Assembly: GCA_964016885.1 (NCBI GenBank)
Contig: OZ024743.1
Span: 178,560,001-178,624,000, forward strand
DNA length: 64,000 nucleotides
Direction of reading: 5' to 3'
From: Eledone cirrhosa
Lineage: Eukaryota
The first letter of the stretch is position 1; each line of letters begins with the position of its first letter. The position numbers and the translations under genes were made by a program. Shown one piece after another: positions 15,935 to 29,700 of this stretch. The notes under the pieces were generated by a model, which ran no database searches, was not told where the DNA came from, and saw only the letters and a program-made list of their open reading frames with translations.

Positions 15935-15938
15935 TTAA

Positions 15939-15969
<31 letters not shown>

Positions 15970-15972
15970 AAT

Positions 15973-16478
15973 ATACATTATGAAGAGAGAAGAAACATTT
16001 AGATATAATTAGTAATAAAATGTATCATACCTTCGTGGTTATAAGAGGCTTAGCTCTGTTTCTCGACCGTTATATCGCGTGACTATCTCCCCCTCCGCCT
16101 TTTGGGATTCTTTCTCACGTCGTGTAGACGCGTTCTTGAGACTAGTAAAATGAGGTATCCTCTTGATAAGTCGGCAGACCTCGCAAGGACTCTATATCTT
16201 TGATATATTGTTTTTGTTTATGCCACGAAACTACGTAGTCGAGGAATTTAGGAACAGTTTAGGTATGATACATTTTATTACTAATTATATCTAAATGTTT
16301 CTTCTCTCTTCATAATGTATTTTTAACTCTGATACTGGTTCAGTCTAGTTCAAACTGAATTGGTCTGTCCCAGTCATTCATTGAGCAACATCGGTGAAGT
16401 TGGCACCCTTAACTCACAGTTGGGTGCGGATGCACTCATGTATATATGTGTGTGTCCGCATGTATCTGTGTGTTTCTA
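15973..16478 (+). mobile_element. Short HHR element with 60-bp inverted repeats and tail
   Basis: 15973-16031 is the reverse complement of 16261-16321; tail to about 16478; (TA)n flanks. Confidence 0.7.
16158..16245 (+). ncRNA. Hammerhead ribozyme, U3-A8 core variant
   Basis: tcctc TTGATAA gt-c-ggca...tgcc-ac GAAA ctacgtag TC gagga. Confidence 0.75.
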
Positions 16479-16507
16479 AATATATATATAAATATATATA
16501 TATATAA

Positions 16508-16574
<67 letters not shown>

Positions 16575-16613
16575 AATATATATATATATAAATATATATA
16601 TATATATTTAAAT

Positions 16614-16646
<33 letters not shown>

Positions 16647-16649
16647 AAT

Positions 16650-16698
<49 letters not shown>

Positions 16699-16726
16699 AA
16701 TATATATATATAAATATATATATATA

Positions 16727-16778
<52 letters not shown>

Positions 16779-16814
16779 AATATATATATATATACAAATA
16801 TATATATATATACA

Positions 16815-16848
<34 letters not shown>

Positions 16849-16881
16849 AATATATATATATAAATATATATATATATAAAT

Positions 16882-16948
<67 letters not shown>

Positions 16949-16949
16949 A

Positions 16950-18040
<1,091 letters not shown>

Positions 18041-18047
18041 TATATAT

Positions 18048-18104
18048 GCGGTGCCCCAGTATGGCCTCAGCCGGATGGCTGAAACAGGTAAAAGAGTAAA
18101 AGAG

Positions 18105-18105
<1 letters not shown>
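18048..18105 (+). mobile_element. SINE 3' fragment
   Basis: gcggtgccccagtatggcc...gctgaaacaggtaaaagagtaaaaga resembles a common octopod SINE 3' end (from recall). Confidence 0.55.
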
Positions 18106-18182
<77 letters not shown>

Positions 18183-18191
18183 CATAAATAT

Positions 18192-18222
<31 letters not shown>

Positions 18223-18225
18223 AAT

Positions 18226-18516
<291 letters not shown>

Positions 18517-18607
18517 GTGAGGTTTTTTTTACAAAATGAAAAATAACCGAGGTGTCCTACACGAGTGAAAGTATAAAGAAAAACCACAAACCCTCCATCT
18601 CAATTCA

Positions 18608-18645
18608 CCTTTTGAAAAGCAGAAGAATTGCGAAACCGGTAAAGG
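18608..18645 (+). ncRNA. 38-nt minimal hammerhead ribozyme, U3-A8 variant
   Basis: cctt TTGAAAA gca-gaagaat-tgc GAAA ccgg TA aagg, inside a ~200-bp insert between TA tracts. Confidence 0.75.
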
Positions 18646-18712
18646 AACCAAATAAATATATATATTTTTTTTTAAAATAAGACTTCAGTTGCATTTTCGA
18701 TTTCATCTTCTT

Positions 18713-18825
<113 letters not shown>

Positions 18826-18910
18826 AATATATATATAAATATATATATATATAAATATATAAATATATAAATATATATAAATATATATATATATATAAAT
18901 ATATAAATAT

Positions 18911-18972
<62 letters not shown>

Positions 18973-19040
18973 GAGAATTAGCCGTCGAAACGGCTTGAGC
19001 TCAGCCGTCGGGGTCTTACTGGTTCCTATATATATATATT

Positions 19041-19171
<131 letters not shown>

Positions 19172-19174
19172 CTT

Positions 19175-19220
<46 letters not shown>

Positions 19221-19527
19221 CATATATCTATATATATTTACATATATATATATATATATTTACATATATATATTTACATATATATATAAATATGAATATA
19301 CAAGAGAGATAAACACGAATATAAACACATGTATGTTAATATTTGTGTTCATCTCTTTTGTATATTCAATTATATTACACGGCTCAGAAAAAACTTCTTT
19401 CTTTGAGCTATTTCATTGTAAGAGACTATTTTCAGTTTATATATATATACATTTAAACCCACACACACATATATATATATATAGTAACATGTACTTAAGC
19501 CGTACTTGACTAAATAAAATTAGTCTT

Positions 19528-19737
19528 TTAGTTGAGATTAAAAAAAAACCCTCTGAATGGAAAAGAAGATGAGTATTGACGTGCATGGGGCACGAACCCA
19601 CATCTTTGGTTTGCTGAACCAATGTGTTACAATTGTAACACATTGGTCCGGCAAACCAAAGATGTGGGTTTGTGTCCCATGTACGTCAATACTCATCCTT
19701 TTTTCCATTCGGAATTTTTTTTTTAAATCCCAACTAA
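19528..19737. repeat. Imperfect spacer-less palindrome (MITE or fold-back-like)
   Basis: Centred on acaa|ttgt at 19632/19633; ~105-bp arms differing mostly by transitions. Confidence 0.8.
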
Positions 19738-19884
19738 CAAAGCACATTTTACTACCTAATATATATATATAAATATATATATATAATGTGTGTGTGTGTA
19801 AATGTATATATATGTGCATGTTACTACCTAATTTTCAAATTCGCTAGAAGTTTGTAAACAAAGCCTGCTTTGTGTCTCCCTATT

Positions 19885-19952
<68 letters not shown>

Positions 19953-20486
19953 TATAGATAGATATATATATATAGATATATATAAATGTAGGAGGTGAGT
20001 TTTATTGTAGTACAATAAAGCAATGCAGATATCGGATAAGAAGCACTCTACAGTTTGTGGGACTGGAGTATGCATAATATAAGATCAAAAGATGGTTAAA
20101 GGAGTTCAATATATTTTATTATGCGCATTTCAAAAACAAACATCATCAAACAATAATATTTGTGTTTTCATCAGATAAAACAGGAGAACATGATATGAAG
20201 GCTAAAAAAAAACACTTGTTGATAGTGCAGTTTTAAATCAACATATGAAAAGTGGTTTTAGATTGATGTGTGATATTGGGAAAAATATTTTATTTAGAGA
20301 GGGGGGGAGAGAAAAGGATGAAAAGGGAAGGAGATGAGAGGGAGAGATGGGTGATAGAGAGAAAGAGATAGTTTTTATAACAGAGAGGAGATATATTTTA
20401 TATAGAGGGGTTGAAAACCGTTGGAAGATACTGTATAAATTAAAAATTTTTGAAAATTAACGAAGGGAGGATATGTGCGAGGAAAA

Positions 20487-20860
20487 ACTTAATTTATGAA
20501 TGTAAAATTATAACTAGCACCAATTCCTTCACCTATTTTGGCTCCACTTCCACCTCTTTTAAAGCTCGTCTCTATAATCATCATTCATCTTTCAAATACA
20601 AACTTAAAAGAACTAACACTGCTCTCTCAGAACTCATATGGTCCTTAAAAGACAAAAACATTAAATATAACATCTTTTGGAAAAAGATTTCTTCTGCATC
20701 CTCGTACTTGAACAGTTCTCTATCTAAAATCTGTAATCTCTGCCTAAATGAAAAATTTACCATTATCTCTAACCTAGAATCCATAATAAATAGACGCTCG
20801 GATTTGTTTTCCATCTGCCTGCATAAATTCCATAGAACTTTTCACAAAGTATACAGTTAA
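20487..20860 (+). pseudogene. PLE GIY-YIG endonuclease fragment (Naiad-like type)
   Basis: NLIYEC...YFGSTSTSFKARLYNHHSSF...TALSELIWSLK...W...CNLCLNEK...INRRSDLFSICLH. Confidence 0.85.
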
Positions 20861-22099
20861 TATTCAATTCTTTATCAATTTAGAATCTTTTCTCAAAGGC
20901 ACATATACATACACCTCTTTAAAATATACCCATCTACCTTACTTTAAAGGGCATTATACACTATAACACTCGTTTACTCATTTCCCTCATCCTATCTTCT
21001 CGTAAAACAATAACATTTGTTTTTGACATTTTGAATATTCATCCGCAATCATTATTATTTTTTCCCTCTATCATAAATCTTTTTAATCTCAATTTCATCC
21101 TTAATTTATTATTATATATTTTTTTTAATATATACTCATATATTCTTTAAAATATACCCATCTACCTTACTTTAAAGGGCATTATACACTCTATAATACC
21201 CGTTTACTCATCACCCTCATTATATCTCCTCGTAAAACAATAACATTTGTTTTTGACATTTTGAGTATTCATCCGCAATCATTATTATTTTTTCTCTCTA
21301 TCATAAATCTTTTTAATCTCAATTTCATCCTTAATTTATTATTATTTTTTTCTCCCCATCAACGAACTCATTATTAATACATATGAATTCAATATAAAAA
21401 CTTTAACTTCACATTATTTTTTTCAAATCCTTCTACACAAACTTTTTCTCTTTGCTAATTTAAAAATTCCTACATTTCTCCTTTTGACGTTAGAATATTC
21501 ACCCACAATTATTATTTTTTTTTCTCTCTATCTCCATACATAATCTCCCTTCGTTATTTTTTTCTCTCTATCTCCATACATAATTTCCCTTCGTTAATTT
21601 TCAAATTCCTTTAATTTATACATTATCCTCCAACGGTTCCCAACCTCTCTATATTAAAACATTATATCTTTTTCTCAGTTATAAAAACTATCTCTTTCTC
21701 TCTATCACCCATCTCTCCCTTTCCACCTTCACTCTCATCTCCTCCCCTTTTTTTCATCCTTTCCACCCCCACCCCTCCCTAAATATAATATATTTTTTCC
21801 TCGCACATATCCTCCCTTCGTTAATTTTCAAAAATTTTTAATTTATACAGTATCTTCCAACGGTTTTCAACCCCTCTATATAAAATATATCTCCTCTCTG
21901 TTATAAAAACTATCTCTTTCTCTCTATCACCCATCTCTCCCTCTCATCTCCTTCCCTTTTCATCCTTTTCTCTCCCCCCCTCTCTAAATAAAATATTTTT
22001 CCCAATATCACACATCAATCTAAAACCACTTTTCATATGTTGATTTAAAACTGCACTATCAACAAGTGTTTTTTTTAGCCTTCATATCATGTTCTCCTG

Positions 22100-22166
22100 T
22101 TTTATCTGATGAAAACACAAATATTATTGTTTGATGATGTTTGTTTTTGAAATGCGCATAATAAAA
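22100..22166 (+). ncRNA. Hammerhead ribozyme (F5); mirror copy at 20114-20180 (-)
   Basis: ttttat CTGATGA aaac-acaaatattatt...tgatgatgtttgt-tttt GAAA tgcgca TA ataaaa. Confidence 0.8.
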
Positions 22167-22790
22167 TATATTGAACTCCTTTAACCATCTTTTGATCTTA
22201 TATTATAGATATATATATATATATAGATAAAAATATATATCGGAATATAAAAAACAACAACGCAGTGAGAGTAGGCGGGTGCGACGTTTCGGGCATAAGC
22301 CCTTCACCAGTATCATAACATATACAATATGTATGATGAATATGTTTCTCAGTGACAAAGCTCATTGAATGTTTGTCCAGAGCATCAATAATTCAAATTT
22401 AAAAAGATATATGTATATAGTCATATATCTTCAGAGAAACATATAGTATTCTGGAAATATATATAACAAAAAAGATATTTTGGAAACATATAATATTTTA
22501 AAACATGTTTTAAGGTGTGGAAAATTAATATTTCTTACAGAACTGTTACATAGTTCCTAGAACCAGATTGAAAATCGATCTAAGTAATCGATTATCGATT
22601 ACCAAATATCGATTTTGGTATAGCTCCGGGAGACGTGGAACTAATCGACAGAGGAAATCGTCTCGTTATAAAATCCAATAAAATACAAAATACCTTTAAT
22701 TCTGTCGTGTACTTATTCATACATAAATGTAAAGATACATACATACATATATCTATCTATCTATCTATATATATATAAAAAGAAAGTGAG

Positions 22791-22833
<43 letters not shown>

Positions 22834-23774
22834 GCCACTAGTACAGTCAATGCCCGTCTCTAATATAGTTACTAGACTTAGATGTTCCTAAAATGATGGG
22901 GGGAGGGTCACGGGTTAAATGATTTTGGTCTTGCGTTTACTTATTTACTTCTGAAAACTGTCTTACCTTATCTTCGTGCAAACGATTCAACTCTCATCAG
23001 TTAAACAACTCACACACTGAATTTAACCGCCAAACTAATAAATCGTTCGGAGTAAAAAGCAGAAACCTAACATATTCATGCAAATATACATAAAACTCTA
23101 GTTGTCAGCAGTCATAGGCTATACAACTTAAAGATCAAATAGAAATAACTCTCCATGAAACATTTCAACAACCACATTAATTAGCATCTATTGAAGACAC
23201 TTCCACTGCATTAGTGCGAATACTTTGGTGGAAGGAATGTTTAAAACCACGACAGATCGATCCTTTAATAATGGCAAGTCTGAACATAAAATGCAGAACA
23301 ATCATCCTGTTAAGAAAAAAATGTTTTTACCGTCACATAAGATATAGGAACATTAAACGAAAATACTCATTTTAGTTACTCTGTTTCTTTTCCTTTTCAA
23401 ATATATATATCAGAAAGAAAGAGGTGATTAATGATATAAAAATAAACTGAGATAGTGAATCCATATTTTAATGTTCCAGGTGAATGAAGATTACAACATT
23501 AATAGTCTCTAGATGAAAACTAACAGTACGCAAAACACCATCGTTAATTCAAGATCGAAATGTTATTTTAACTATCCGATAAAGTATAAATTAAGTATAT
23601 AATAATCACCCTCAATAAGCTACAGCCCATTAATATAATCTATTAATTTTCTATAGAAAGTTAGAAACCTCTTAACTTCACTACGTAAATATTATTAGAT
23701 ATTAGACTTTCAATGTGTTCCTAAAGCTTAAGCAAATTGTATTCTATATACCACATAATGAATGAAAGTTGAGC

Positions 23775-23958
23775 GTCAGTCGGCCTTGTGGTCCAGGGTG
23801 GACAGGATGGAAAAGACATTGCCCCAGAGGATGCTGAAGGAAACCCGCTGGAAGAGCTACTCCAACTGGCAGGGCTCACACTTGCACGTAACCAATTCCG
23901 CTCCCTTAGCAGTGAGTAGGGATGTGGTCCGAGGTCCATGAACACCAGTTTCCACTGT
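23775..23958 (-). pseudogene. 3' fragment of a CRE-like (REL endonuclease) non-LTR retrotransposon
   Basis: Minus frame VETGVHGPRTTSLL...GAELV...E...*LFQRVSFSILWGNVFSIL resembles the CRE C-terminal pattern ET.G..G....L...G.......FQR.S..I.RGN..SIL. Confidence 0.6.
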
Positions 23959-23984
23959 CACTAATAATGTTTTTTCTGCTTAAG

Positions 23985-24395
23985 GTACAAATCCAACAAT
24001 TTGGGGGGAGGAGAAACTCGATTAAATCGACCCCAATTACTCCGTAAGGACGAAAAGCAAAGCTAACCTCGGCGGGATTTGAACTCAGAACGTAAAGGGC
24101 CGTAACTTTATGCCACACAACATTTTGTCCGACGCTCTACCGATTCTACTGCCAATCCACTGAGAGTAATAATGGTTTCCCATTTAGGCACAAAGCTAAC
24201 AATTTTGGGGTGAGAGAAAAGTCTATTAAATCGACCCCAGTGCGTTACCAGTACTTTATTTTATCGAGCCAGTAAGGATGTAATGTGAAGCTAACCTTGG
24301 CAAAATTTGATCTCGGGACGTAAATGGCCGTAGATATAAGCCAAACAGCATGTTGTCCAATGCTCTACTGATTCTTCCAATTTACTGCCCTTCCA
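23985..24395 (-). mobile_element. Two tandem tRNA-derived SINE copies
   Basis: ggcgggatttgaactcagaac (reverse complement of a B-box) and the tcgacccc core shared with other copies. Confidence 0.75.
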
Positions 24396-24974
24396 CTGGC
24401 ACTCATAATACTAGCCATAAAATTTCAGCATTGATCTATTAATAAAAATAAAATAAGCTTGCTTATTTACAAGCATTAACAAATAGTGATCTATTTGTGT
24501 AAAAGCCTGGCACTGTTTTGTTAACACTAATTTAGTCTTCTGAATAAATGTTTCAACGTTTTAAATCCTCCTGCGGTGAATATTTCCATTATTTGATTCG
24601 ACTTTTCAAGTAAACATAAAGCTGTTAATATCTCCGACTGGAGTCGAACAGAAGAGAAGTGTTTACGTTGTTTCAGTTAGTCCTTTATGTAATGGACGTT
24701 AAATGCTGAAAGTTAGGAATGAAATGTTATAGAGAACATCGAAATAACGAGTTTTATTGCAATTGAAATTAGTTTGTAAGTGGCTCCCATTTGCTCACAA
24801 TACTGAGAGATGTAGATATATGAGATTACACATACAATACAGAGAGAGACAGATAGAGAACCACCATGGATGTACATGATAAAATGACAAGTCAGTCAAT
24901 CATGATGATGGCCACCCCACTGCCCCGGCGGACAGAATGGATACCGTATATTTTATTTATTTTACTCGAAGAGA

Positions 24975-25165
24975 TAATTGTTTCTACATTTGGCACAAGG
25001 CCAGCAATTACCCAGTACATTACTGGTACTTTATTTTATCGACCCCGTAGGGATAAAAGGCAAAGTTAACCTCGGCGGGATTAGAACTCAGAATGGCAAG
25101 GGCCGTAACTCAATGCGTCAAAACATGGTGTCCGAATCTCTACCGATATTGCCAATCCACCGCAA
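24975..25165 (-). mobile_element. tRNA-derived SINE
   Basis: Reverse complement of the 41410-41600 family. Confidence 0.85.
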
Positions 25166-25529
25166 TGACCTAGAATATTAAGTGACTATCATTCACTGTG
25201 TGATAAAATGTTTTAAAAGTGTTCATAATAGATAGAAGCTTGGCTGCGTGAGTAGTTCACCCGTGATCATATTTCTAATGAAATACACTCCATTTCAATT
25301 AATTAATGAAGTATTTTGAAAGGTTTATTTAAATAAATAATTATTTCATTACTAAAAGAGTAATTTAACATATCAATTATATAAATTTATGTTGGAAGCT
25401 TTTAAATTAAATAGGAACCATTTAAATGAGTAACTTTGTTTCATATAACTAGAGACATCTTTAGTCTGGTTGGTATGAAAAGGGTTAAGAAACTCGCTTT
25501 GCAACCACATGATTTCGGATGGACGAGGG

Positions 25530-25738
25530 CAGTGGGTTGGCAGTAGAATAGAAAGAACGTCGGACAATCATATAGTTACGGCCCTTTACGTTCTAAGTTC
25601 AAATCCCGCCAAGTTTAGCTTTGGCTTTATTCCTTACAGAGTCGATAAAATAAAGTACCAGTAATGCACTGGGTCGATATAATCGACTTACACCTCCACT
25701 CAAAATGGTTGGCCTTGTGCCTAATTCAGAAACAATTA
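25530..25738 (+). mobile_element. tRNA-derived SINE
   Basis: ttggcagtagaat...gttcaaatcccgcc...gtcgataaaataaagtaccag...ggccttgtgcc...agaaacaattat. Confidence 0.85.
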
Positions 25739-26566
25739 TGAGAAATGGATATTTATAGATTCATACTATTTCTTTTAGATTACCAACTGTAAGGAGTACT
25801 CGATGTTTCACGAAGTCTACCATGGCTTACTAGCACTATACGGAGGTTTAAATTGATTAAATGATTAATTAAATAGATAAATTTACTCTTATCATCTCCC
25901 ACTCGCTCCCTTTCTCTCCTACCCCGCCCCCCTCCTCTCTCTCACACACACACATACATACACACATACACACTGACACAATGACACACGTGGAAATGAA
26001 TTAAAAATAAATTCTCCGTTGGTTTAGACCCGCTACGTATACTAGTTGTACAATCTATTAAACTACTTCCAGATTGAAATGTACTGTAAATGGCTAAGTG
26101 TTCCAATCACACATGTACTCATAACGCAACTCTCGTGCAGAAAACATAACTTCAGTGAGTAGCAAAGCTAGTCCTTTGAATTAGAGGCGAGGGGCCGTTC
26201 ACCGGACGGATTTCCATACACAGTTTCAGCCTACTCACACAACTCCAGCTGAATGTTATAGTAGAAGATATTTGCCTACATCGTGGGATTGAATCAGAAA
26301 CCTGTTGATTGCAAAGGGAACTTCTAAGACAATTGGTCATATCAATTTTCTTTTCCTCCTATACACATAAACGGTTGATGGACCTCCGTCGATTTCGATG
26401 AGTCATGCTGCAATGTTTGACCAACGAAACATGGAAGTAACGTACAAGTAGCTGAACCTTTCACAGAGTATATATTTATACATACAACATATATATATAT
26501 ACATGCATATATATATATATTAATTCAAAATATTAATAAATATAGACATTCATGTGATCAAATATA

Positions 26567-26628
26567 TTTTATTATATATATTTCAGAGGTACTGTGCTGT
26601 TTCCTTAGTTCGTCCTCATCAGATAAAA
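26567..26628 (-). ncRNA. Hammerhead ribozyme (F2-related)
   Basis: Minus strand: uuuuau CUGAUGA gga...ucu GAAA uauaua UA auaaaa; weak stem II. Confidence 0.6.
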
Positions 26629-26789
26629 TAAATATATGTCTGACATACCTCAATTCCAGTTTTGGCAGTGATTAGTTGTGACAAAACTCAATATTTATAT
26701 ACCATGACTAGTAACATGACAAACTACATATAATTGAGAGGGTACGTAGGAAAACGTGTAGAAAAAATAAAATAAATACATATATAACT

Positions 26790-29700
26790 TTCTTTTTATT
26801 TGCCACCAGGGCATCAAAAGTGGGACAAGTACAATGGGGGGGGGGTTACATAGCAAGGCGTCCTCAATATGGAGGAGGCAATAACAAAGTATAAAAATAA
26901 AATAAAATATAACAAAATAAATTTTATAACAAAATCCTCCATAGGGAGGAGGTGCCTTGGGGGGTCTCACACACCCCCGAAAAAAAGTGTGCAACCCTTC
27001 TCCTCAGGAGCACAGAGAGGGGGTGCTCCCTTGATCTTTCCTCTTCCTCACCTATAGTCTGATGTAGAGTGAAGGCCCATTTACACGGGCCATTCTCGCC
27101 ACTTTCACCTATCTTTCATAGAAACGGCTGGGGTGCAGCACCTCTCTCTCCATCCTGATCCTTCTTCCGAAATTATATCGGAAGATACGGACCAGTTGTT
27201 GGCCAGAGAGAAAGGTGTCTGACCTCAGTCCTTTCAGACGCGTCCACCATACAACCTCTTTCGCCATGGCTATTACGCACAGAAACACCGCCTCTCCTTC
27301 GTTTTTGAAGAGGGGAGGCGGCTTGATCGTTACAATAGACTCGGTGGTCAACCGGATCGGTCCCACCCTTGACAGGAGTTGTTCGACATAGCCCCACTAA
27401 TCGGCAATGCCCGAGCAGTGTACCAGTGCGTGTGCAACGGTTTCCTCGTTGCACACGCATCTGGGACAGATCTTTTTCGAGGGGTCCCTACCCGGGCGCC
27501 CGTGTCTGTAGAGCCTTTCTCGAACGGACAGAGCCCTTTGGTAGCACTGCCAGGCCAGGGACCTTTGGAAGTTATCAATGGGTCCCGGGCTGAATGTCCT
27601 ACCGAACAGGTTGACCAGTTCGTCTTCCTCCATACCTAGGGCTTCTCGGAGGGCGTCGTCGCACCTACTAACCACCAGACCTCTATAGAATGACGAGGTG
27701 GATTCTCCACTGACAGCCGGATCCGCCTGCCAGAGAGCCGTGAGCGCCTGGGCACACTCGGTGTGCCAGGCGCCCAGTTTCCTCGGTCTTTGCTTGACCC
27801 AGGATTGCAGCTCGGTGAGTGAGACGAGTCTGGGAAAGGCTCGCCTCACAAACAGGGCCCACACCGGTTGACCGGTGAGGAATACCTGGAGGTGCCGTAG
27901 CCTTAATGCGTGTTTACGTATCATTAGTCACGGCATCCCCAGCCCTCTTTTCGAAGGGTGTTGACAGCAGATGGATCTCCTCACCATAGGAGCCCGCTTA
28001 TTCCAAAGGAATTGGAAGAGTGCGCGCTCCATTTTGGCGAGCGTTTCCCTTGGGCAAGGCACAACGGCCAGGCGGTAGTAGATGACGGACGCTATATAAG
28101 TGTTCGCCACCTCCGCCCGACCTTTCAGGGACAGTTTGCACTCAGCCCACTTCTGGGTCAGTGCAAACACCCTGTTCGTTACCTCACCCCAGTTCTTCTC
28201 CACCTGGAGGTCTGGTCCGAACCAGACCCCGAGCAACTTTACCGGACCCTCCGTCCAGCGCCCGACGACGCCATCGGAGGGCATCGATCTGCCCCTCCAC
28301 GTGCCGAGTTGCAGACCGATCGACTTGTCCCGGTTCAGCTTAGCCCCTGTAAACCTTTCGTACTCCTCCAGTAAGGTGCCGATCGCCCCGATTTCCGAGG
28401 CCGTCGACACCATTACTGTTACGTCATCGGCGTAGGCTGACACCGCTTTCCGCAATCCCGATTCCAACGGGATGCCCTGCAACAACTCCAACTTCCGCAG
28501 CAGTGGCTCTAGAGTCATTACATACAGAAGGGAGGAGAGAGGGCACCCTTGTCGAATGGACCGCGCGATTTCGAACGGGTCCGAAGCCTGCCGCCGCTAG
28601 CACCGCATCCAGGTAAACATGGTCGACCCTATCGAACGCCTTAGATTGATCCAAGTTGATCAGGGCCCCACCAAAGCCGGGTTCGTTCCCAAACCTCTCT
28701 ATGATGTATCGCATGAGGTGGAGGTTGTCGTGGATGGACTTGGACGGGATAGCACATGTCTGCGCATCTCCCAGCAGGTTGCCCACGACAAGCGCCAACC
28801 TCTTTGCTAGCACCTTGGCCAAAATCTGTAACTCTGTATTTAGCAGAGTTATGGGCCTGACATTATTTATATCGACCCCCTTGTTCTCGTCCTTCTTCAC
28901 TAGCGTGACTACGCCCTTGGTCACAGCACAGGGAATTCTCCCGTTCTGTTGCCAGTTGCAGTAGACCGCCTCGAGGAGATTGGGGAACAAGTCCGGCATA
29001 ACTAGATACAGTTCGTATGGAAGACCATCGAGACCCGGAGATTTGCGTTTGCCGCATTGGCTTAGCACGTCCTCTATCTCAGCGGCTGAAATCGGCTCCT
29101 CGCAGGACTTCGCCTCCCTGTCCGAGAGAGGCAGCAGGCCGTCGAGGTATGGACCGAAGTCCACATCCCCAACCGGCTCCCCGCTCCTTCCGAACAATCC
29201 GGCAAAGTGCTTTTGAAAAGCCTCGCACATCTGCTTAGGTTCAAGGATCACCCGTCCATCCTGGTCTCGCAAAGACCGGATAGTGGATTTGCTCCCTCTT
29301 TTGGCTTCTGTCACGCGGGCCCAGCTAACAGCTTTGGTCCCCTCGTTTCCCAGAGCACGTATTTTGCTTCGGACGATGCAGCCTTCGTGCTTCGCGTCGA
29401 AGAACTGGCCCAGGGCCGTTCTCGACGCTAGCACTCTGGCCACGTCGCCGCTTCTAATTGCCTCTTCTACACTATCTAGCAGCTCCCTTTCCTTCCTATT
29501 TCTATTTGAGGCTAACTCCTTACTAAATTCTATAGACTACTCTAATCTCTCTTTTGAGAGATCCCCACCACCTGCTGTTGACGATGGCGCCCGTCAACCG
29601 CTCCTTAACTAAAGTGCTAATCCGGTTCCTGTAAGCCTTACTTGCCGGTAAGGACAAGTTGAGCTTCCAGTAACCGGGCTCCTGTCTATACGTTCTGTCA

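Larger units (their letters stand above)
19986..22207 (+). mobile_element. PLE 3' fragment with inverted pLTR (family F5)
   Basis: ~20075-20489 is the reverse complement of ~21793-22207; tail 19986-20074; GIY-YIG remnant and long AT-rich 3' UTR with an internal ~228-bp tandem duplication. Confidence 0.85.

Noticed and set aside
22283-22310. Minus-strand CTGGTGAagggcttatgcccGAAAcgTC hammerhead-like motif
   Set aside because: A6G core change and no stem I pairing; treated as a dead remnant.
23770-23920. GC-rich + strand stretch as a possible mGluR exon
   Set aside because: No mGluR similarity; the minus strand fits a CRE-like retrotransposon 3' end.
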